Shown piece after piece: positions 9,067-16,944 of a DNA stretch of 64,000 nucleotides. Numbering within the stretch: position 1 is the stretch's first letter; the number at the start of each line of letters is the position of its first letter. Position numbers and translations under genes: made by a program. This DNA is from Vulcanimicrobiota bacterium. GTDB taxonomy: Bacteria > Vulcanimicrobiota > Vulcanimicrobiia > Vulcanimicrobiales > Vulcanimicrobiaceae. The notes beneath the pieces are model-generated. The model was not told the origin of the DNA, made no database searches, and was given only the letters and a program-made list of their open reading frames with translations. The stretch lies in contig CAWCHT010000002.1 in assembly GCA_963795465.1 (NCBI GenBank), forward strand, positions 405,178 through 469,177. Reading direction: 5' to 3'.

Positions 9067-9564
9067 GTCGTTGACCAGGCGCAGCGCTTGCGGCGCCTGA
9101 ATCCGGTTCTTGATCCGGATCTCGTTGCCGCGCTGAACCGAATAAACCGAAAGAAACGTTTCCAATTCACCGAGCAGTTTTTGCGGCAGGTCGCTGAGCG
9201 TAGCGTAACCATCGGTGCTCAGAGACGTTTCCTTGCTGGCGAGAAGGCAGCCGACGAAGCGATCGTTGCGCTCGCCGTTCTGCTCCACCTCGAAGGCGCC
9301 GAGAAGCTGAACCGGCACGACGCACCCCGGAAACGTCGGTTCATCCATGAGCACTAAGATGTCGAGCGGGTCGCCGTCGCCGCCTTTCGTTCGTGGAATG
9401 AATCCGAAATCGTACGGCCACGTAAGCCCGCTCGCAAGCGTTTGCCGCAATTCGAATGCGCGCAGCTCGTCGTTCCACGCGTACTTGTGCCGGCTTCCGC
9501 GAATCGTTTCAACGACGACGCGCAGTGAACCGTCGTCGCCAATCTTCGGATCGATAGCGTGCAC
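9055..9564 (-). CDS. ppa: inorganic pyrophosphatase (family I)
   Basis: Motifs YDFGFIPRTKGGDGDPLDILVLMDEP and ERNDRFVG. Confidence 0.9.
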   Translation of the reverse strand: MHAIDPKIGDDGSLRVVVETIRGSRHKYAWNDELRAFELRQTLASGLTWPYDFGFIPRTKGGDGDPLDILVLMDEPTFPGCVVPVQLLGAFEVEQNGERNDRFVGCLLASKETSLSTDGYATLSDLPQKLLGELETFLSVYSVQRGNEIRIKNRIQAPQALRLVNDSLA

Positions 9565-9567
9565 GTT

Positions 9568-9933
9568 CTAAAGCCGTGGAATTCCCGACTCGCTGCCCGG
9601 AATCGGCTGTTGCTGCGTGAGCTCTTCGGTCGGCAAGCCGGCATCGCGGTAGGCGTCGAAACCGCCTTCGAGGATGGCTGCCTGGGAATAACCTTGCTCG
9701 CGTAAACACGACGCAACTTCGAGAGCTCGCTCTTCATCGTCGGCGTAAACGGCGATGGGCCGGTCATGCGGAAGCGGCAAAGCGAGCTTCGTTGCGCTCA
9801 GCAGATGCTTGAGATCGTAGCGCAAGGCTCCGCGAACCTGTTCTTTGCCGGCGTGCGTACGCACGTCCAACGTCGGCATCGTCGCCGTATCGAGTTCTCG
9901 AACGCCGATGCGTGCAATCGCCTCCTCGTTCAT
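9568..9933 (-). CDS. rhodanese-homology domain protein (no catalytic Cys in the expected loop)
   Basis: Rhodanese fold pattern ...GALRYDL...PIAVYADDEERALEVASCLREQGYSQAAILEGGFDAY. The active-site position reads Y-A-DDEER rather than C-xxxx-R. Confidence 0.7.
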   Translation of the reverse strand: MNEEAIARIGVRELDTATMPTLDVRTHAGKEQVRGALRYDLKHLLSATKLALPLPHDRPIAVYADDEERALEVASCLREQGYSQAAILEGGFDAYRDAGLPTEELTQQQPIPGSESGIPRL

Positions 9934-10029
9934 GCCGTGGCCTCCCGTCGGTGCATAAAGCGCTTACCCATCTGGGCGCGGCGACCCGCATCGTGGGTAT
10001 AGGCCTAACGAAATCGGAGGTTCTCTAAC

Positions 10030-10614
10030 GTGGACGCGCTTAACTTTTTGAAACATCAGCATCGCGAAGTCGAAGCGCTATTCGGCAAGCTCGCGCAAAG
10101 TACGCATGCCGACGAGCGCCGTAGCGTTTTCGAGAAAATCGACAAGAATCTGCGCCTGCATTCCACATTGGAAGAAGAGCTCTTCTATCCGCAACTGCGT
10201 CTGCGCGCTGAAAAAAGCGCGGAACGGCTCGAGGTCGCGCAAGCGTTCGAAGAGCACGCGCTCCTAAAAATCGAAATCGAAAGCATCGAGCCGCTGGACG
10301 CCGACAAAGAAGCGTTTGAAGCCAAAACCAACGTCCTGAAAGACTTGGTGCAGCACCACGTCGATGAAGAAGAGAGCGCGATCTTCAAAATCGCGCACCA
10401 CGTGTTCACCAAAGAAGAGCTGGACGAACTCGGCGACCGCCTCAGGGAACTGCGGCGCAGGCAGGCGTTGCCGTCTCACTGCGTTTGCGTGGAGAGCGTT
10501 TTCGGCGGTTGGGATTCGGCGGCGCTTTGCCGCCCGAGCGTCTGGCCTCGGAAAGGCCAATCGCAATCGCCTGCTTACGGCTTTTTACTTTTTTACCGCT
10601 TCGACCCGATTTGA
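10030..10614 (+). CDS. hemerythrin-like domain protein
   Basis: Motifs LKHQHREVEALF...EEELFYP...HHVDEEE. A GGAGG RBS precedes the GTG start. The last roughly 50 aa overlap the convergent gene and look non-native. Confidence 0.7.
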   Translation: MDALNFLKHQHREVEALFGKLAQSTHADERRSVFEKIDKNLRLHSTLEEELFYPQLRLRAEKSAERLEVAQAFEEHALLKIEIESIEPLDADKEAFEAKTNVLKDLVQHHVDEEESAIFKIAHHVFTKEELDELGDRLRELRRRQALPSHCVCVESVFGGWDSAALCRPSVWPRKGQSQSPAYGFLLFYRFDPI

Positions 10615-11158
10615 GCTCGCCGCGCTTCATCTCGTGCATCGCGCGTTCCACTTTGCGGCCGGCCTTTTTGCCGTATTTCCGGCCGGACGCTTTTTTGCGC
10701 CCGGTCGTTTTCTTTCGGCCGCTGGTTGTTTTCTTACGGCCGGTTGTTTTCTTTCGACCGCCGGTTGATTTTTTGCGGCCCGCCGTCGATTTTTTGCGCC
10801 CTGCGGTTGACTTTTTGCGTCCGTCCGAAGATTTCTTGCGCGCGCTTGTCGATTTCTTGCGCGTGCCGGTCGACTTCTTGCGCGCGCTCGTGGATTTTTT
10901 CCGTGCGCTTGTCGACTTCTTGCGCGCGCCGACGAATTTCACCATGTGACCTTCGGGATCGTACAAGAACGCAACGTTGCTGCTGTCGAAGATTTCGAAA
11001 AACTGCTCCCAGTCCACGCGCTCCAGACGTTCTTCGGGCCGGCCGAAATCGATGCGAAGCATGCCGCCCGTGCCTTCGACAATCGCCGGCTTGCCGCCGT
11101 TGTCTTCGACCCATCGACGTATTTCATCGTGATCGGTGGTGCGTTGTGCAGTTGCCAC
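10442..11158 (-). CDS. tri-modular lysine-rich protein: N-terminal globular domain, about 12 RKKST-type heptad repeats (histone-H1-like), and a C-terminal DUF6496-like domain
   Basis: N-terminus TTDHDEIRRWVEDNGGKPA...NVAFLYDPEG. Repeats (A/G)RKKST(S/A/G) x about 12. C-terminus VERAMHEMKRGELKSGRSGKKVKSRKQAIAIGLSEARRSG. Confidence 0.8.
   Translation of the reverse strand: MATAQRTTDHDEIRRWVEDNGGKPAIVEGTGGMLRIDFGRPEERLERVDWEQFFEIFDSSNVAFLYDPEGHMVKFVGARKKSTSARKKSTSARKKSTGTRKKSTSARKKSSDGRKKSTAGRKKSTAGRKKSTGGRKKTTGRKKTTSGRKKTTGRKKASGRKYGKKAGRKVERAMHEMKRGELKSGRSGKKVKSRKQAIAIGLSEARRSGGKAPPNPNRRKRSPRKRSETATPACAAVP
10655..10927 (-). repeat. in-frame tandem repeat of about 21 bp period (a few 18-bp units) encoding RKKST heptads
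   Basis: Units of the type cgtccgtccgaagatttcttg / cgcgcgcttgtcgatttcttg recur directly. The whole array lies inside CDS 10442..11158. Confidence 0.85.
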
Positions 11159-11217
11159 TAATTCAACCTCCCATTACCAGCACCGGTTACCCGTGCGAAC
11201 GAACCGGAAAACGTGCG

Positions 11218-11394
11218 CTATTCGGTGCTCGGCGCGCTTCCGACATCGCCGGACGATTTTTGCACGAGCCCCGATTTTAGCTGTTCGCGCAATTGCGCGA
11301 GCGCCGGATCGATCCCGCCGCTCTGATCCAGCCGCTCGAGCGCAAGAAGGAGTCGATTGGCTTGCGCCGCGTCCAGTTCCAAGCGTACGTGCAT
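11218..11394 (-). CDS. small hypothetical protein (58 aa)
   Basis: MHVRLELDAAQANRLLLALERLDQSGGIDPALAQLREQLKSGLVQKSSGDVGSAPSTE, directly downstream of the GT9 gene. It is below the ORF-track length cut-off and has no strong RBS. Confidence 0.3.
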   Translation of the reverse strand: MHVRLELDAAQANRLLLALERLDQSGGIDPALAQLREQLKSGLVQKSSGDVGSAPSTE

Positions 11395-11404
11395 CGGCAG
11401 GGTT

Positions 11405-12361
11405 CTACCCCGCTCGCGCCAGTTGCAACGTTTCGTTCAGTACGGCGCACACTTCGGAAGCCGTAATCGACGCCAAGCCGGGGTCGACGAACGGTGCATG
11501 CGGATCGCCCAGGGTTCCGCGCCAAATAACGCGGTGATTGCGACGCCCGCGGGGCGGTCCCCAATATCGTGGACTGGTAGGACCAAACAGCAAAACCGAC
11601 GGCGTGTCGACCGCCGTCGCGATGTGCGCAACGCCGGTGTCGCCGCAGACCAGCGCGCGAGCCGACGCGATGATGCACGTCAAATCGGCAAGGTCCGTGC
11701 GTCCCGCAAGCACCGAATCGACCGCGAGTCCGGCGGCCCTTGCAATGAATCGGCAACGGCGAAATTCTTCGCCCGATCCGGTAAGAAGCAGGCGATGTCC
11801 CTCCGAGCGCAGCGTCGCGCACAATGCAATCCAACGTTCCGCCGGCCAGCGGCGTGATTCGGTCGCGGCGCCCGGATGAATCACGATTGCGCCGCGAGCG
11901 CGGCCGTCACCACGAGGCGCGATGATTTCCAAATCGCGGGCGTCGGCGGGGATCCCGCTTTCGTGCAGCATGCGGCACCAGCGATCGATTTCGTGTTCCT
12001 CCGGGCGCCATTGAGGAAACCCCGCGCTCTGCGGAATTTCGACGTGCTCGAACGCGATCAGGCGCCGCGGGCGGGTTTGCAACGCGATGCGGTGGCTTTG
12101 CGGCCCGCGCCCGTGTAAATTCACCGCAACGTCCACCTCGCAAAGATGTTCGTCGAGCGGTTTGAGCGGAGAAGCGTCGACGATTTCATCGATGCCGCCG
12201 CACAGGGACGCAAGCGGAGCCAGATACATCGGCGCCGCCAGAACGCGGTGATGCTGCGGAAACGCGCGCGCAACGGCGCGAATCGCCGGGACCGCAGTGA
12301 GCAAATCGCCCAGCCCTAAAGCGCGCAGGACAACGACGATCGGACGTGAGGTAATTCTCAC
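11405..12361 (-). CDS. glycosyltransferase family 9 (heptosyltransferase-like)
   Basis: Motifs RALGLGDLLTAVPAIRAV...VCGDTGVAHIATAVDTPSVLLFGPTSP. The GTG start overlaps the upstream stop (GTGA). Confidence 0.85.
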   Translation of the reverse strand: MRITSRPIVVVLRALGLGDLLTAVPAIRAVARAFPQHHRVLAAPMYLAPLASLCGGIDEIVDASPLKPLDEHLCEVDVAVNLHGRGPQSHRIALQTRPRRLIAFEHVEIPQSAGFPQWRPEEHEIDRWCRMLHESGIPADARDLEIIAPRGDGRARGAIVIHPGAATESRRWPAERWIALCATLRSEGHRLLLTGSGEEFRRCRFIARAAGLAVDSVLAGRTDLADLTCIIASARALVCGDTGVAHIATAVDTPSVLLFGPTSPRYWGPPRGRRNHRVIWRGTLGDPHAPFVDPGLASITASEVCAVLNETLQLARAG

Positions 12362-13572
12362 GATGCCCGTTGCGCGAAAACGCGTTCGATGATGACGTCG
12401 TTGTAGACCGCCAGCGTGTCGCTGGCGATGCGCGCCCAGCCGTAGCGGCGGTTTACGCGCCGGGTTCCTGCGAGCGCGATTTCGATGCGGCGCTTTTCGT
12501 CGCCCAGCAGCGCGCGCAACGCGTCCGCAAGCAGCATGGGATCGCGCGGCGGAACGTGCAGTCCCGTTACGCCGTCGACGACGCTTTCAACGAGGCCGCC
12601 CACTTGGGCGACGACGACCGGAACGCCGCACGCCATCGCCTCGAGCGGAACGATGCCGAACGGCTCGTACCATGGATAACACACGACCGCGTCGGCCGAA
12701 CGTAACAGCGCGGGAACGTTTTCGCGTTCAACGCGGCCACGAAACACGACGCGATTTGCTACGCCGCGTTCGCGCGCAAGTTTACCAAGCCGGAGCGCTT
12801 CGGGATCGCGATGCAGGCCGGCAGCGTCGGGTCCGCCGGCGACGATCAGTTCGACCCCGGGAAGATGCTCCATCGCAGCGATCACGTCGGCAACGCCTTT
12901 GCGCTCCACCAAACGTCCGAGCGAAACGATGCGTTTGCGGCGCCGGTCGCGCCCTTCCGCCGGCCCGAGCGGTTGAAACAACCGCAGATCTACTCCACAG
13001 GGAACGACGCTGATAGTCGCTTTATCAGCGCCCATGCGTACGAGTTCGAACGCTTCGGCGGCGGCGGTGGCCACGATCCGGTCCGCCTCGCGCGCGATGC
13101 GCGCCTCTTCGCGCAAACGAACGGGCGGACTGGTGTCCTTTGCACCTTGATGCCGGCGCTTCTCTATGCCCAGCGCGTGAAACGTTTGCACGACCGGAAT
13201 ACCGAGCGGCAGCGCGGCATCGAGCGCGGCTTTTCCCGACATCCAAAAGTGCGCGTGGACCACGTCCGGACGCTCGTCGTTCCAGCGCGAAGCGAGATAC
13301 TGCGCGAAGCGCGGCATAAACGGCAGCAAGCGATCTTTTTCGACGGCTTTCGCCGGACCGGCCGGAACGTGCTCGACGGTAACGCCGGCGGCATACGCAA
13401 CGCGCGCGGGCAGTTGCGGTGCATCGCGCCGCGTGAACACCGTCACTTCGGCGCCTTGCTGCGCCATGGCTTCGGCCAAAGCGGCGACGTGAACGTTCTG
13501 GCCCCCGGCATCCGCTTCGCCGAGTACGGCAAGCGGGCTCGCGTGTTCCGATACCATCGCGACTTTCAACAT
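12358..13572 (-). CDS. glycosyltransferase family 4 (MshA-like)
   Basis: Motifs GGQNVHVAALAEAMAQQGAEVTVFT...DVVHAHFWMSG...EPFGIVPLEAMACGVPVV. Confidence 0.88.
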   Translation of the reverse strand: MLKVAMVSEHASPLAVLGEADAGGQNVHVAALAEAMAQQGAEVTVFTRRDAPQLPARVAYAAGVTVEHVPAGPAKAVEKDRLLPFMPRFAQYLASRWNDERPDVVHAHFWMSGKAALDAALPLGIPVVQTFHALGIEKRRHQGAKDTSPPVRLREEARIAREADRIVATAAAEAFELVRMGADKATISVVPCGVDLRLFQPLGPAEGRDRRRKRIVSLGRLVERKGVADVIAAMEHLPGVELIVAGGPDAAGLHRDPEALRLGKLARERGVANRVVFRGRVERENVPALLRSADAVVCYPWYEPFGIVPLEAMACGVPVVVAQVGGLVESVVDGVTGLHVPPRDPMLLADALRALLGDEKRRIEIALAGTRRVNRRYGWARIASDTLAVYNDVIIERVFAQRAS

Positions 13573-14499
13573 ACGAACTCCTCAAGCAGACGATCCCAGT
13601 CGCGTTGGAAACGCTCCAAACCGTAACGCGTCCTCGCGTAAGCGCGCGCGTTTTGTCCGAGCGTTCTGCAGCGATCCGGTTCGTCCAGCAAACGTTCGAG
13701 CGATTCGATGAGCGCGCGAACGTTCGTAGAGATGATGCCGGTGCCGTCGGGCACCGCTTCGGGAATTTCGGTCGTCGCCAAAGCAACGACGGGCATGCCC
13801 AAATGCATCGCTTCAATCAACGATAGACCTAAAGAGGTCCATCGAATCGGGTGCAGGTAGACGCGCCGCCGCGCGATTTCACCGTGCAGCTGCTGCTGCG
13901 GCAGATTTTCGTATCCGCCGCGAGCGCCGGCACCCATACCGAAGAGCTCGATGGGGACGTGCGATTCAAATTTTTCAAGCAAATCGGTTCCGGTAACGCG
14001 AGCCCGCCGTTCGGGCTCGTTGATGACGACTGCGCACGACGGCATTTCACCGGTATAGCGATATCCCGGATCGACGATGCCGTGCTCGATGACACTCGTC
14101 GGCGCCTCTCCGCAGTCCCAAAAAAGATCGTTGAAATTGGTGACGTGAACGACGCGCACGCCTTTCCATGCCGCAGCCGGATGCCGCATCGCGTTCACGA
14201 CGCCTTGCGGCGCGTTATGCTCGACGTAAATCGCCGGAATGTCGATGCCGGGCTGCAGACCGAGCCATGCCTGTACCAGCTCGTATTCGTGCGGCCGTTG
14301 CAGCACGACCAGATCCGGTTTTGCAGCAGCTGAGATCTTCCGGCGGCAGCTCCACGACGCTGCTCGGCCACTGCCAGGTTTGCGCGCGTCCGCGCCCGTC
14401 CGGGCCGCGATCGGGGAGCCGCGGAACGACGTATTCATGGCGGCCTTGCACGAACGCCGTCATCCACGAACCATGCACGTGCCACACGAGGATGCGCAT
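13566..14499 (-). pseudogene. GT4-like glycosyltransferase, frameshifted near 14320-14340
   Basis: The N-terminus MRILVWHVHGSWMTAFVQG...VVELPPEDL is in the frame of ORF 14215..14664. The remainder, AKPDLVVLQRPHEYE...LIEAMHLGMPVVALATTEIPE, is in the frame of ORF 13566..14438. The span is 934 nt (3n+1). Confidence 0.75.
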
Positions 14500-15512
14500 T
14501 ACGCGACTCCGGCCGGCCGCGGCAGCAGATGTTCGAGCGCGCGAAGGACGTCGTCGACGCGCACGCCGTCCAAACACGGCTGGCCCGGTATGGGGCACAT
14601 ACGCGCGCGGCATCCGCAGCACGCGATATGCTGCTCGCCAAGCAGATGGTGCGAAACCATCCACGGGCGAAAGCGCACCGCCGGAATCGTAGGCGGAAAA
14701 ATCGAAATGACCGGCGTGCCGACCGCCGCCGCGACGTGAGCTGCAGCGGTGTTGCCGCAGATGACGGCTTCGGCGCTCGCAACCACGCCGCCGAATTGCG
14801 CGAACGATGTTTTGCCGCCCAGATCGAGCGCCGAATCGCCCGCAACGTATGCCGTCAAGCGCGTTTCGTCAGGACCGCCCGTTACGACGACGTGCATGCC
14901 GCTTTCCGCCAGACGTTGAACCAGCGCCGCGTTTCGCCGGGGGAACCATGCTCTGGCTGGTACGGTCGCGCCGGGATGAACGACGACGTACGGTTTGAAC
15001 GGTACGAACGCAATCTGCGATGGAAGCTGAAGACGAAGGCGCGCATCGTCTCCCGCGGGCATTTCATAGCTCATGGCGCGCGCCAGCGAAAGAGCGCGTT
15101 CGACCTCGTGAATGTCGTCGTCGACGTTGTGGCGCACGTCGAGCAGCGATCCGGGATAATCGACGCTGATCGCTCCGATGCGCCGCACTCCGGCAAGGCG
15201 GAGCAGCAGCGCGAGCGGCAACGGACTTTGATGGAACGACGTGAAGATCAGTGCTTCGTCGAAGCTCCGCGCCCGCAGCTCTTCGATAAAAGCCAACGTC
15301 CTTTTCGGATCGACGGCTGCAGGGTGCGCGTCGATCCATTCCGCTTCGTTCACGATGACGTCGTCGATCCCGGGCAGCAGTCGCGCGGCGGGCGCGCCGC
15401 GCGGTCCGCAGAGCAGCGTAACGTTTGCCTGAGCCGCAATCGCTCGAAGCGCCGGTCCGGTCAACAGTACGTCGCCGTTGTTGTCCTGCCGCGCAGCCAG
15501 CACGCGTCTCAC
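14499..15512 (-). CDS. glycosyltransferase family 9 (heptosyltransferase-like)
   Basis: Motifs RQDNNGDVLLTGPALRAI...ICGNTAAAHVAAAVGTPVISIFPPT. There is a GTGA overlap with the upstream gene and a TAATG junction with the downstream gene. Confidence 0.85.
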   Translation of the reverse strand: MRRVLAARQDNNGDVLLTGPALRAIAAQANVTLLCGPRGAPAARLLPGIDDVIVNEAEWIDAHPAAVDPKRTLAFIEELRARSFDEALIFTSFHQSPLPLALLLRLAGVRRIGAISVDYPGSLLDVRHNVDDDIHEVERALSLARAMSYEMPAGDDARLRLQLPSQIAFVPFKPYVVVHPGATVPARAWFPRRNAALVQRLAESGMHVVVTGGPDETRLTAYVAGDSALDLGGKTSFAQFGGVVASAEAVICGNTAAAHVAAAVGTPVISIFPPTIPAVRFRPWMVSHHLLGEQHIACCGCRARMCPIPGQPCLDGVRVDDVLRALEHLLPRPAGVA

Positions 15513-16024
15513 GCAGCGGTACCCGAAAGCACGAGATCGGCGGCCTCGTCCAGATTCTCGCAGACGTTCGGCGCTCGGCGAATTTCATCCACGCGCGTTA
15601 TGGGCGTCGGAACCAGAATCGCCGCCGCACCCGCATTACATGCCGCATCAACGTCGCTGCCGATGTCGCCGATAACCAGACACTGCTGCGGCGTAACGCC
15701 AAAACGGCGCATGGCTTGGTGCACGAGGCCGGGTGCGGGCTTGCGGCAATCGCAGCCCGCTTCGATCGCATGCGGACAAACGAACCAGCCGTCCATGCGC
15801 CCGAGCACTGCTTCAATGCGGTGGTTCGCAATGCGCAGTTGCATCTGCGCAGCTGCGCCCAGCGCAAGCTGCGGCTGATTCGTTACCACGCCGATCTTGA
15901 TTCCGCGCGCGCGCAATTTCGCGATGGCCCTCGCGGCGGACGGCATCGGAATGGGCTCTGCGGTTTTGTCCCAGGTATCCACAACCAGCGTTCCGTCGCG
16001 ATCCAGTAGTACGGCGCGAATCAT
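15509..16024 (-). CDS. gmhB: HAD-IIIA phosphatase, D-glycero-D-manno-heptose-1,7-bisphosphate phosphatase-like
   Basis: MIRAVLLDRDGTLVVD...VVTNQP...CDCRKPAPGL...VIGDIGSDVDAACNAG. The ATG at 16024 overlaps the upstream stop (ATGA). Confidence 0.8.
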   Translation of the reverse strand: MIRAVLLDRDGTLVVDTWDKTAEPIPMPSAARAIAKLRARGIKIGVVTNQPQLALGAAAQMQLRIANHRIEAVLGRMDGWFVCPHAIEAGCDCRKPAPGLVHQAMRRFGVTPQQCLVIGDIGSDVDAACNAGAAAILVPTPITRVDEIRRAPNVCENLDEAADLVLSGTAA

Positions 16025-16944
16025 GCGGACCGCCGTAACGCCCGCGGAAGCGCAAACACTCCGCGAACGCGATGATACACCGCGGCGAACGGAATGATCG
16101 CGCTCGTTGCAGTCATGGTCGCAATCTCGCCGAAGGTTCGTGGGCCGGGAGCGATGCGCCGCCACGCAAAATCGGCCGTCAGCGCCGCCCACGCCGCAAA
16201 ACACGCCACGGTTGCGACATGGTAGGGCCACCGTCCAGGCGCGCAATTTGCGCGTCGACGCCAATTCGGACCGTGCAGCGCCAACATCAGCACATCGTCC
16301 GCATTGCCGGCTTGCAACTTGACGCTGATCCAGCGGTTGGCTTCACGGACCGGATGAAAAATGCCGCGCGTTCCGCAATCGATGGTAAAGCCGGCATCGA
16401 ACGTGCGCAGCGCCAAGTCGGCGTCTTCACGGTACGCGCGCGGAAAGCGTTCGTCGAATCCACCCAGCTGCTCCAAAACGCCGCGGCGATAAATCATGTC
16501 CGCCGTGATCCACGCCGAACGCTGAAGACCGGAAACGTTACGCTCCCAGTCGGTAGCGGGGCGGTTTGCCGGCAGCGGAACGCAAACGCGACCCTGCGAT
16601 CCGGCATGGCGATCGTCGAGCGATGCGATATCCTGCTCCGCGCGCTGCAGCCAGTCCGACTCGACTTGCACGTCGTCATCCAAAAATGCAATCCAGGGAG
16701 CGCCGGAAGAGCGCCAGCCGACGTTGCGCGCTGCCGCGGGCCCCGCAGCTTTGCCGGCGATCACTTCGATCTTCGAGCGCAGGGGTTCGGCGATGTTCGA
16801 AACGTCGATTGCCGGCGACCGATCGCGGCGATCGTCGACGACGATCACGCGCCGGGGCAGCGGACCTTCGGCAACGCTCAACGATTGCAGCAGCTGCTGC
16901 AGAGATGGTCTTCCGATGGTCGGGATGACAACGTCAAAGGGCAC
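16021..16944 (-). CDS. glycosyltransferase family 2
   Basis: VPFDVVIPTIGRPSLQQLLQSL...VVDD...FLDDDV...YREDADL. The GTG at 16944 overlaps the carbamoyltransferase 3' end by 11 nt. The ORF-track N-terminal extension to 17226 is antisense-shadow-like. Confidence 0.82.
   Translation of the reverse strand: MPFDVVIPTIGRPSLQQLLQSLSVAEGPLPRRVIVVDDRRDRSPAIDVSNIAEPLRSKIEVIAGKAAGPAAARNVGWRSSGAPWIAFLDDDVQVESDWLQRAEQDIASLDDRHAGSQGRVCVPLPANRPATDWERNVSGLQRSAWITADMIYRRGVLEQLGGFDERFPRAYREDADLALRTFDAGFTIDCGTRGIFHPVREANRWISVKLQAGNADDVLMLALHGPNWRRRANCAPGRWPYHVATVACFAAWAALTADFAWRRIAPGPRTFGEIATMTATSAIIPFAAVYHRVRGVFALPRALRRSA

Noticed and set aside
10655-10927. A regularly spaced repeat of about 21 bp that could be mistaken for a CRISPR-like array.
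   Set aside because: The period is too short and there are no unique spacers. The repeat is in frame inside a CDS and encodes RKKST heptads.
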